Shown here: in pieces, positions 12,121-23,724 of the stretch
Layout of the letters: each line of letters opens with the position of its first letter
Position numbering within the stretch: the first letter of the stretch is position 1
Assembly: GCA_053919585.1 (NCBI GenBank)
Contig: CM132807.1
Strand: one strand, 5' to 3'
Source: Euprymna scolopes
Lineage: Eukaryota
DNA length: 64,000 bases
Position numbers and translations under genes: made by a program
The notes under the pieces: model-generated
Database searches by the model: none
What the model was told of the DNA's origin: nothing
The model's input: the letters and a program-made list of their open reading frames with translations, nothing else

Positions 12121-13917
12121 CGGCAGATGCTGCAAGCTATGACTAGCTATGACTAGCAAAGACCAGATGTGGGGGCAACCCCACATGCCTGACCATTAAC
12201 CAGCTCCCATTTCCCACCTCTCGGGAGCTGGTCCCCTTTTTCCCTTCTCCCTCCCTTCACTCCTCACATTAAAAATCGGCCTTGTGCCTAATTTGCTCGG
12301 TGGGGGAGCAAATAAATACCATCTGTTCCGGCAGATGCTGCAAGCTATGGCTATCTATGACTAGCTATGACTAGCAAAGACAAGATGTGGGGGCAACACC
12401 ACATGCCTGACCATTAACCAGCTCCCATTTCCCACCTCTCGGGAGCTGGTCCCCTTTTTCCCTTCCCCCTCCCTTCACTCCTCACATTAAAAATTGGTCT
12501 TGTGCCTAATTTGCTCGGTGGGGGAGCAAATAAATACCATCTGTTCCGGCAGATACTGCAAGCTATGACTAGCTATGACTAGCCAAGACCAGATGTGGGG
12601 GCAACCCCACATGCCTGACCATTAACCAGCTCCCATGTCCCACCTCTCGGGAGCTGGTCCCCTTTTTCCCTTCCCCCTCCCTTCACTCCTCACATTAAAA
12701 ATCGGCCTTGTGCCTAATTTGCTCGGTGGGGGAGCAAATAAATACCATCTGTTCCGGCAGATACTGCAAGCTATGACTAGCTATGACTAGCCAAGACCAG
12801 ATGTGGGGGCAACCCCACATGCCTGACCTTTAACCAGCTCCCATGTCCCACCTCTCGGGAACTGGTCCCCTCTTTCCATTCCCTTCACTCCTCACATTAA
12901 AAATCGGCCTTGTGCCTAATTTGCTCGGTGGGGGAGCAAATAAATACCATCTGTTCCGGCAGATGCTGCAAGCTATGGCTATCTATGACTAGCTATGACT
13001 AGCAAAGACAAGATGTGGGGGCAACCCCACATGCCTGACCATTAACCAGCTCCCATTTCCCACCTCTCGGGAGCTGGTCCCCTTTTTCCCTTCCCCCTCC
13101 CTTCACTCCTCACATTAAAAATTGGTCTTGTGCCTAATTTTCTCGGTGGGGGAGCAAATAAATACCATCTGTTCCGGCAGATACTGCAAGCTATGACTAG
13201 CTATGACTAGCCAAGACCAGATGTGGGGGCAACCCCACATGCCTGACCATTAACCAGCTCCCATGTCCCACCTCTCGGGAGCTGGTCCCCTTTTTCCCTT
13301 CCCCCTCCCTTCACTCCTCACATTAAAAATCGGCCTTGTGCCTAATTTGCTCGGTGGGGGAGCAAATAAATACCATCTGTTCCGGCAGATACTGCAAGCT
13401 ATGACTAGCTATGACTAGCAAAGACCAGATGTGGGGGCAACCCCACATGCCTGACCTTTAACCAGCTCCCATGTCCCACCTCTCGGGAACTGGTCCCCTC
13501 TTTCCATTCCCTTCACTCCTCACATTAAAAATCGGCCTTGTGCCTAATTTGCTCGGTGGGGGAGCAAATAAATACCATCTGTTCCGGCAGATACTGCAAG
13601 CAAAGACCAGATGTGGGGGCAACCCCACATAGCTGACCTTTAACCAGCTCCCATTTCCCACCTCTCGGGAGCTGGTCCCCTGTTTCCCTTCCCCCTCCCT
13701 TCACTCCTCACATTAAAAATTGGCCTTGTGCCTAATTTGCTCGGTGGGGGAGCAAATAAATACCATCTGTTCTTCAGATGCTGCACTTCCATTTCTTGTT
13801 CTCTTTCGGTGGAGGAGAAATCCTTCACGACTGAGACAATTTTTATTTTTGTACCTTTTCTCCACGTTAAAAAACGACCCTGGTGTCTAACTCTGTCCCG
13901 TGGGGAGGCATTGTAAA
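12084..13917 (+). mobile_element. U2-headed composite retroposed insertion: U2 fragment, 8 tandem units and a unique ~150-bp tail
   Basis: Bounded by the 19-23 bp direct repeat. GC-rich relative to its flanks and non-coding. Confidence 0.7.
12114..13765 (+). repeat. Tandem array of eight 188-218 bp structured units
   Basis: Units start (TCTGTTC) at 12114, 12322, 12540, 12748, 12950, 13168, 13376 and 13578. Lengths are 208, 218, 208, 202, 218, 208, 202 and 188 bp. Confidence 0.97.
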
Positions 13918-13940
13918 TAGGTACAATCAGTTATAGTGCT
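13918..13940 (+). repeat. Right target-site-duplication-like direct repeat
   Basis: Matches 12061-12083. Confidence 0.8.
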
Positions 13941-14399
13941 GCCATATCTAACTCACATTTGAAGTGCTAGTAAGAAATGGAAGACACACGTGCGGTTCCA
14001 GTATAACTTTCAAATCGCCACGCGTTTTTTTTCTTTTTCTTGGCTTCCTATACTTTTTTCGATTTAATACTTGTGCACTCCTTTTATTCCGTGATTGTCC
14101 CGTTCAAATGATTATGCAATGTCAACGCGGAACGTGAGTTATCAGTTTCCGTGCGTTGTCTTCACCGTTTAATGGCGAAGCTAAACTACATTACATATGA
14201 AATAGGTTACACTAACGATTTTAATAGAAAATAAATCGTTACTTTTATATTCGGGTGAACAAGTGTAATTAACATTTGCTCATACATATTAACTGTTTTA
14301 TAATTTTATTTATAATACACTATCTCTTAACTGAAAAAAATAAAACCTAATATTTAGATCTTTCAGAATATGGTTTAACTTTTAGTGTAATTTTCACAA

Positions 14400-14900
14400 T
14401 GTGTCTTCGATGTTATCCCATATCATTTGCAAGTGTATCTGAACTCGCTAATACATTTGTCGTATTTGTGATTCCGCATGCTTAGAGTCAGATGCGACAG
14501 TCTCAACAGTTTTACCGCTTCTGGCCTTTGAAGTGTTGCATAAATAGTGTGGTTTACGTCTATGAAGACAACTGAACTTAGAATGGCATTTGATAGATCA
14601 CTGAGAAAGATATAAAGATAGTTGAACACAGCTTTGGTCATTTGAGCCGAGGACGTCTGCCCATTGCCGACTACAGATCTAACCTATTAGGGAAGTAGGA
14701 TTTAATATTTTAGACGACTGATCCATATGTGTCAAAGTTTCTTCTAAAGTAAGTATTTATACCAAATTCTGTCAAACCCCTTTTGATATGTCGAGAAATA
14801 TTGCCCTTGAGAGAAATTTTGCATCGATAAATATTCCGATCCTATGTGAATTTATAGTTCATACACAAATTCTATGCCTCGAATAGCGTAAATTATATTG
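14400..14900 (-). mobile_element. Decayed CR1/L2-group LINE reverse transcriptase fragment
   Basis: Minus-strand fragments RAIFLDISKG.FDRIWYKYLL, IKSYFPNR, VGNGQTSS and YIFLSDLSNAI. Confidence 0.65.
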
Positions 14901-15042
14901 TGTGTCAAAGAGTAGTTTGTTTTTGCTGATGGAGTTTACAATTTACTTATTTAGCACATATTCAAGAAACTTACTCTTGAAGCAAAGAAACATAATTGGT
15001 TTGAATTAAGATACAGAAGAAAGTTTTTTTATATTTTCAAAT

Positions 15043-15232
15043 AATGACTAGGGCTGTGAAAACAGCAGTTTCTTTGCATTTTGTTGACTTTTGAGTAGAC
15101 ATCCGTTAATATCTTATGTTTTTATATAGCCTGATGTGGTTCTCGGTTGATTGACTGTGTCTTACTGTGTCGGATATATACGTGAGAGTCAAAAGAATTA
15201 AAAGAATATTATGTTGTCACATCCCTACTAAT
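15043..15232. mobile_element. Fold-back MITE, decayed copy
   Basis: Ends AATGACTAGGGCTGTGA and TCACATCCCTACTAATT are imperfectly complementary. Core TGATGTGGTTCTCG.TTGATT is shared with 16765-16955. Confidence 0.65.
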
Positions 15233-16140
15233 TACAAGCATAACGATGTTTAGAAAGGTGTTGGCCAAACTAGCGATATTTTCAAATTTGTTGCAAAGAA
15301 ATTCTCTTTGAGGTATCAGTTAAATATTTTGTCAAAAACAGGTGCGAGTTCTGGTTGTAACATTTACAGTACGCTGACTGAAATGTTCTCAAGACCTATA
15401 AACATTAATGCCATTGATGCATGTGTCAACATTTCCAACAAATATGTAGATGCCAACGTAATTATTTTAGATTTGTTACTAACTCAGGGAAGTATGGAAT
15501 ACTGATAACATTGGTTTGGCTCTGATTAAAATGGCTCGCATATGGTTTTTCTTTACCATATGCTATCAGAATTAATTCAAACGCGTATACAATGCTCAGA
15601 AATCGATCACTCATAGAAATCAGACGTACAAATACTGTGGCAATTACGTCAGCCAGTTTTTGTATAAAGCAAGAAAAATAATTAATGAAAATAATCACAA
15701 GGTAATCAAAGCTCTAAACAATGTATAGCTCATCAAAATATGTTTTAAATAAAGAATGCTGAAGAAATTATAGTATACATGTAACGTATACAGTGAAGTA
15801 TGTATTTTAATGTATTAGTAAATGTATTAACATTTTTAAAAGAAAATGGCGGCCTCTGTACTTTAGATATATAATAACCTCAATAGGCATAGATATCCTA
15901 GAGCTATATTGATATTGAGTAAAACGATTCATAATTGTGAATGTAAAACCAGTTTCAAAAAGAAGAACGAACAAAACCAACTCGACTGTACGATCGTTAC
16001 GGAAACGGTGTTCATTTTATTGAAATTGATAATATTTATTGACAATAATTTAAATTTAAAACATAGTCTACTCATCAGCAAAAATATGAGCGGGGGAGAA
16101 GTTAGAGACTCCAAAATAAAACTAGCATTTTAGTCGTAAA

Positions 16141-16206
<66 letters not shown>

Positions 16207-16764
16207 TGTTCGCGTACACACTATTTACATTTCATAAATTAATGTGAACATGAGACATTATGAGATAAATAACAGATACTAGAAAAAACAAAGGTCTGAA
16301 ATCGTTTCTTTAATTTGCCAACTTCTAATAATTTGACAGCATCCAATTACGATCGATTTTTCACATTCTTTGGACTTACTCAGTTATAAATTCCAGAATA
16401 TGTAATAATTAAAGGTGATTTGATTAGTGGGTTTGTATGCGGGATCTTTAGAAAACTTTACAGGAAATTAAATAATAGATCATATATTTAAGATGCTTCT
16501 TATCCATTAGCATGTAAAACTATGAAGGTGCAATTTTAAGATCGATTAATTACGATTTAATCTGAATGGAAACGCGAGACACTAAAGAACACTAAGAAAT
16601 ACATTTTAGAAAACGCATGAGAGGCTATTATTTTTTGCCAAAATTAAGCTAATCACACTAATAAAAATGTTCCTAAAATGAACAGTGAAACATTAACTAA
16701 CGGTTAAAAATCCCGCATGAGAAATAAGAGCAATTAGTCAGCTCTCTCTATTTTCCGGAATTGT

Positions 16765-16955
16765 CATAACAAGGACTATGTCAACGGAATACTCTTTTCA
16801 TTGTTTTGACTCTCGAGTATATATCAGTTAACATTTTATGTTTTTGTATGGAGTGATGTGGTTCTCGATTGATTAGTTGAGTCTAAATGTGTCTGATATA
16901 TACTCGAGAGTCAAAACAATGAAAAGCATATGCTGTTGTCACAGACCTAGTCATT
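16765..16955. mobile_element. Fold-back MITE
   Basis: Perfect 34-bp inverted repeat at 16794-16827 and 16893-16926, extending imperfectly outward. Confidence 0.75.
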
Positions 16956-17764
16956 ACTGACCAGCCGTGGCACTATTTACGAATTGTCGCCATTGACTAC
17001 GGTTCTGTTCAATTCACAGCAGCTCAACTATGCTAATGTCCGCGATCTCTTTCACGGTGTCTGACATTCTTGCTTAAGCCAGGAGTAGTACAAACGAACC
17101 GATCTTTTTTAGGCCGTCTATTCTGGCCACATTATATTTTCCAATTCCTGCAATTTATTTTTTTAGCGGTTTTCGGCATGGTCTCATCGTCTCCAGAACA
17201 ATTATTTATGGCCGACTAAAATGCTTCATCAAGCCATGTTAACTCTCATTTAAAATATAGTCGTGCCAATTAAGACGAGTTCTTTCAAGGTGATAGGGAT
17301 GGTAAGTAAGAGTAACAGGGTATAGGAGTTAGGGACAGAGGAATAACTTGTTGTAGTCACCTATCCTGAGTAGACAGGTATCCTTTGTTCCCACGCTACC
17401 TCTTAAATTTTCCTCCTATTGCCCCAAGCGCCATACCCTGGTAAACAGCTTCAGCAGACGGGCAAAAACATGTGATAGTAGTGTTAAAACAGCACTTCTA
17501 TGCCATAGAACCTCAGAATATCTTACTGGCTAGAGCGAAGATGTTCACAACTAGTGGATTTTACAGATGTAGCCAAGCATGATGACGGAATGGGCATCGT
17601 CATGTAAATTGCCTTGTTATGTCATATAAAAATGAAAGGTAGACCTCATCACATACTAGATCGGACGTCGCCGTGGTTATCATGGACCGCGCTCTCCAAT
17701 GCACATCAGTAAATTATGTAAATAGTGCCACATACAGAAAGCTATGTGCCAGAAACAAGACAAG

Positions 17765-18479
17765 CATTGGCATTAATATGTGAGAACTCTAAGAGAACCA
17801 GGCAAAATAGTCCACTATTGAGCAAGTAACAACTAACCCTGAAATTGTATTCTAGTTGCAGAAATAACAACCATGAACAAAAAGGTGGTTCATTTCCCAT
17901 GAAAATATTGCAAACATTGTCATAGACCGCCGGCATATATTCAGCCAACTCATTACAATTTTCCTGAAAACAAGCCTCCTCTTATATCCTATAATGCAGA
18001 TATGCTGACTACAATGATGAAGACATTGAAGACTTCTACGACAAACTTAAAATAGTCATACATCAATCGCATAAGAAAGGCATGTTCATAATGCAGGGTG
18101 ATTACGACGCAAAACATATATGCCTATAAGAATTGGAAACGCATATTCGGGGGTACTGCAACACCAGCTTGTTATAAGCTTAAGACATTCGGACCTCAAC
18201 AAAACATCCAGAAGCAATTGGACCAGACAAAATGAAAATCACCATAGTCACATTGACTACACAACGGTAAACAGACCAGTGTAAACACTTCACGGACAAG
18301 ATGTTTCCAAGGAGAACATATTGGAAGCGACCACGACTAACAAAACTACCCCTGAAAAATGCATAGAAAATGAGGGTCAGACAAGACTCAAGTTTGACCT
18401 CGAAAAAGTAAAGGCTCCTAATTCACGGAGGCCGTTCAAGCTCTGGTTCGTAGGATATTTTATATCTTAACCGACACTG

Positions 18480-18558
<79 letters not shown>

Positions 18559-20905
18559 CCCCGTAGATCAAGACCTTTATCACAGGAGTAAGTGTTAGTG
18601 AAATAGATGAAAGAACCTTATAGTTAAAAAGCCTTGAATTGCAGAGTTTTCCGATCTGTGTGAAAAATAGAGAGAGCTGAAGAAAGAAAAGGGAACTAGA
18701 AAGATCTGAAAGATATATAAAAGCAAATCAACATGTAGAGAAAAGCATTATAAAACCTTGATGGAATTGGATTGAAAACCAGGGTAAAAATATAGAAGAA
18801 AACTTGAAAGTTGACTACAAAAAATGTTACGAGTTGGTGAAAGTTGTTATCATAACAAAACAGATAGATAAACCCGCCATTCAAAACAAAGTAAGGAGAT
18901 CTCTGACAGAAGAACGAAACATATAACACTTGACCGCTCATAGATGCACAATCACAAGTCGACTAGAGATCCTGATTTACTGTAAATCCACCTTGCAACT
19001 GACAAGGATGGCCATCACAACGTCAGAAAGGAGGTTGAGAGAGCAGTGTCATCTTTGCCAATTTCCATGAAGAGTAAATTACAACAGGACGAGGACGCTG
19101 CAATCACTGTTTTACTGGCCGTTTGAAATAAGATCTGGAAATCGGGGAATAACCCAAAACGTTGGACACAGAGTGGAAACCTTCAATAATTCCAAAACTA
19201 CCGCACCATCAATCTAATCTGTCATGTAAGCAAGGTAATGATAACAATCTTTATAAACAAATAGAAAACAGCAAGGGTTAAATTGATGGCGAAAGAAAAA
19301 GGTTTCAGAGTAGGGCAATGCAAAACGGAATAGATGCTCAATTTAAGCATAATGTGATAGGTAGCTCCAACATCAGCAAAACTACTCCCATATATTTGTG
19401 AATTTTAAGTAAGCCTTCGACAGAGTACATCATGCAGCACATTGAGCTACCCTGACGCTGTAGAATATAAATACTAACCTAACCAGAGTCATCAACCGCC
19501 TGTATGACAAAGCAACCAGTTCTGTTAATTTTAATAACAACATGGACAGATGGTTCTGCACAACATTTGGAGTGAGACAAAGTTGTTTGCTTTCTCAAAC
19601 ATTTTTAACATGTCCCTGAAAAGAATATTGGATGATAAACTATAAGACCATATTAGGACACTCAGTATTTGAGGTAGAACAATTACAAACTTAGGATTCG
19701 CTGACGACATCGATGGTCCTAATGGCTATAAAAACAGAACTATCCAACTTAGTGGAACGTCTGGATAAAACCTCTTAAAAATCAGTGCGGAAAAAATGAA
19801 CAATAACAACAAAGGCGTTGTAGCAGAGATCAAAATGAATGATGAGACGCTGGCAGATTAAATAAGCCTTAAATATATTGTTGCAATCATATAAGACTAG
19901 TGTGGGTTCTCGGCGTTTTTAAGAAATAACACGTAGTAAAAGGCAGACAGGCTCGACATCGTACCGTGACGGAGGAAAAACAACGTGAAAAAAGAAAATA
20001 TGACGTCTTTGCTTTTACGTAGCTCGCATAACCGGAAGTAGCGAAGCTTTTAGTTAAGACTAGTCATTCTAATAGAGGCGATGCCTTTCGGATTTTCGGC
20101 GAAAACAGCGCCCTTTTCTTGTAGACATTTGTCAAGCCAAACGTAACAGAATTAATGTATTTAGCCAATTTTCGATATTTGTCGTCTGAAGGGTCTAGCT
20201 TCAAAACAAAACCGATCTCGTGAGAATCCCTCGCCTCTTTCGATAGTTTTAGGCAGATATACAAACATACATACATACATACATACATACATACATACAT
20301 GCATGCATACATACATACATACATACATACATTTAAACAGGCAGGTGAGATTTATATTATAGAGAGATGAAGAGTGCAATCCCGAGATATTATCCAGAAT
20401 TATCCAAACTACAGTAGTCTTAACAAACTAAACCCAATATAGAAAGATAGGAATATAGCAATCAAATTAAAGATCAGAACCAGGCCCTTATTAGTAACAT
20501 CAGTGTTCCTGTATGCTCGTGAATCATAGAATCAAACAGCAGAGATTGGAAGAATGCTTCGAGCAGTTGAGATGATGGATTTACCGCGAAACATACGCGT
20601 TATGTCCTACAAAAAGCAAATAACAAATAAAGACGTAACAAACCTTAGCTTATCAACATTCCTTACCCACCAAGAAAAAAAAACGACGCAAAAAAGAGAG
20701 GCAAATCATGTAACGAGAAAAACAAGAGTCATAAAAAATAATGCGGAGGACAGAAAGAGTTGGAAGTCGTTCGAAGGACAGAAAAATGGGAAGCTTGCAT
20801 CAGGAAATGGACGAGCCCGAGGCTCAGCAGCACAATCAAAATAGCACAGAACAGATGGAGGTTGAAAGAGTGCGTGATAGTTTACATTGAACGCCTTGTT
20901 AAGGT
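17765..20905 (+). mobile_element. Decayed RTE-clade LINE (APE endonuclease plus RT), interrupted by (TA)n and a Helitron-like insertion
   Basis: Fragments in order: VRTLREPGK, DYNDEDIEDFYDKL, MQGDYDAK, IGSDHD, NYRTINLICHVSKVM, GFR, AFDRV, GVRQSCLLS, NLGFADDIDG, PEILSRI. Many stops and frameshifts. Confidence 0.88.
19897..20367 (-). mobile_element. Non-autonomous Helitron-like element
   Basis: Minus strand begins TC, carries a (GTAT)n tract and ends ...ACGCCGAGAACCCACACTAG. Inserted between A and T with no duplication. Homologous to 61912-62319. Confidence 0.8.
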
Positions 20906-21506
20906 TAAGCAGAGTACGGGGATACATATGTAGACATTAAACAACAAATACATCTCAGTTTAATGCATGAAAAAGTAAAGTAACTATGTAACGCTTTAGG
21001 AGGACACATTTAAATGCTACCAAGAACGTCCGACTTAAATGGAAAATTTATATCTTTACGTGCGACAGCTGAAAAGTCATGTGTCAAATAATAGAATAAA
21101 AATCATTGTTTCCCACAATTTCATCTGACAAAAGAAAATCAAAAAATGTTATTTGAAAATTATGAGTAATTAAATATTAAAGGTTGACAAACGACAGCAT
21201 TCTGTTCGAATAAAAAAAATTGCCATAATAAACAAGAGAATTCATAATTATATGTGACAGATTAAAACTGTTTTTTTTTTTCAAAATTGAATCTAGCCAA
21301 ATAAAGGAAAGGTAATTTCAAATAAAGCGAGATTGAAAGAATGATATTCACAATTAAGGATAATAGATGTGCACTGATACTTAAATAGTTAACATGATAA
21401 ATAATAATACATTAATTACAGAATAAACAATGCTTAAAAACTTATAGATTACAACAATGTTTTTTTTTCAACATTTTGTGTGACAAATAAAGTAATAGCT
21501 GATTTA

Positions 21507-21566
<60 letters not shown>

Positions 21567-23220
21567 ATACATATATGGTCGTGAGTTTAAATTAATCATT
21601 TTGCCTTTTTTGCCCCATTGTAACACATGCTAAATGTCAGAGGAAAAAGACATAAACAGATCATTATCGTTGTGAGGTGTTGAAGTCTTGGCATAGATAA
21701 TAGTCTCATATGTGCCTATGACATTAATGTGCTTGTAATGTTATTTGGTAGGGCATTGATGAAAACAGCCAACTATATTGGACCTAGAGACGTGTGAAAA
21801 TTGACTTATTTATCTTCAGACTTGCCGATCGACAATTATTTGTCATGAACTGTAGGAGCAAAATAATCCGCTGAATAAGAGGTTTTGCAGATATTCATAA
21901 CTAAAAATTTCTGACCTAAACGTTTTGTCAAACTCTATCAAATACTTTTGATATATCAAGAGCTATTGTTTTCAAATGAAAACTTCGTTAATCAATACAC
22001 CGATCTTGTGTAGAATTACAGCAAGTGCATTCGCTATGGATTTACCCGGACGAAAAGGCAATAGAACGAAAACTGGTTTCAAATCTTAACCATTACAGAC
22101 TAACATGGGAAAGACCTTAAAACGATACTGAGACGAATAGTATATGAGTTTAATTAATTTACGCTATTGATTAAAACTAATTCGTGTTTTTAATATTATT
22201 CGGACTTCTGTTCCTATATCACGTTTTATTTTTACAAAGCTTCACTCGATGTAACATCTAACCTTCTTAAAGTATATCTTGTTGACCTGTAGAAAGTTTC
22301 TTTTGAACGCGACGACCTTTCTGGTTAATTTCCGCTGAATTCCACACTGAATTCATTATTTAATGCACGAAGGTAGCATTTCCCATTTTCGTCAGATACG
22401 CTGAGATGAACTGCAATGAAATTAACAAATTCATTTTGGGTGTCAACCGTTGGAAAGATTAAAACTTCAACCTCTACAATCTACAATCGCAAAATTACCA
22501 AGTTATTAATATACTATGCAAGGGGTGCTTGCGTTGCAATAAAGTACTTTCAAGATGGTTCAATCGACGAAGACGTTGTGGAAACACCAGTCCAGAAACC
22601 TTATCAATACTTATCGAAAATTTTCTTTAAAATGAATCGAATTCTTATAAAAATGTTGAAGCTGATCAGCCCGACAGAACATCTATTAACAACATATACC
22701 GGGAGAGAAAGTGTCGTATAATCAAGTTTAAAGATCAAATAAAAATAAAACAATTGATAGATGTTCTATAATATCGATCAATTGAGGAAGATAGTTTCAA
22801 GTTATCACTGCATGGAACACAAATATCAATTTTATTTCTTTTTATTCGATTACATAACAATCGAAATAAGTGTATGCGTTAAAAATAAATCGATTTTTTT
22901 CTTTTTTATTTCGATGTCTCGTGAACAAAATTTACTGAGAGCTCTTTTATTAAGGCATATGTTAGAAACTATCAAAGTATTAGATAAACCCGAAAACCTA
23001 ATTAATTTAACGTTAGACTGTATACATTAAAAAGTAATGTCATATTTTATGAGTATAGATAAGAGAATATTAGATAACCGCAGTTGTATTTCACTCATTG
23101 TAATTACCAATCTTCTGCATAAAAGCCCGATGTATGTTAAATATATCAAACATTAAGTTTGGATATTTTATTTACACTAAGCCCTATAAAAATAACACAG
23201 GAGATTGATCTATTATTACA

Positions 23221-23724
23221 TTAGTGGAGGTACTCGGCGTTTCCCGGGTGTTTGGAGGTGTAAAAGAAAAAATGTTTTAGAAGGAAGGTAGGATTGAACC
23301 ACGAAGCCTTGACGCGAAGGTGGAAACGAAAGGGGAAAAAGCCCGCCACCTAACCCTCTCGATCACAAGAGGAGAGGAGTAGACAAGTGTGTTAAGTTAA
23401 GGTTATAAAGCGAAATATACAGGTGCGAGGAAGTGGCACGATGTTTGACCTAGTTTTGGCTGCAAGTCAGTTATTGTTTCCCCGCTTTTCGCTTTTCGAA
23501 GAAGCGGCGAACTGGTAATAGTCGGGCAAATTAAATACACACGAGACCCCTGTTCTTAAGTCGGTGATAGTACTATTTAGACGTGATATAAAAAAGTTTT
23601 AAGAAGGGGCGAGGCGAGGAAGGAGGCCGAGGAAAAAAGTAGTTTGCAGACATACACAAAAAGCGAACATACATACAAACATACGTACATACACACACAT
23701 TTTCGATTTTATATATATAGAAGA
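23221..23724 (-). mobile_element. Non-autonomous Helitron-like element
   Basis: Minus strand: A|TCTTCTATATATATAAAATCG, a GTAT tract, subterminal hairpin ACCCGGGAAACGCCGAGT, and end CTAA|T (CTAG variant). Confidence 0.72.

Noticed and set aside
12195-12240. HDV-like or twister ribozyme in the ACCAGCTCCC...GGGAGCTGGT region
   Set aside because: CCC-ACCTCTC-GGG resembles P3/L3, but the following GG (P1.1), P4 and P2' are missing. The twister GGUCCCAAGCC and GAGGG motifs are also absent. A simple hairpin explains it.
12114-13765. CRISPR-like array, or coding ORFs 13458-13661, 13640-13828 and 13728-13916
   Set aside because: Units are near-identical over their whole length with no unique spacers. 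The context is eukaryotic, and the ORFs are by-products of the repeat.
21690-22721. PiggyBac-like hints (IVSYVP, TYTGRE), also near 15380-15600
   Set aside because: The motifs are too short and out of order, and no TTAA-flanked TIRs were found.
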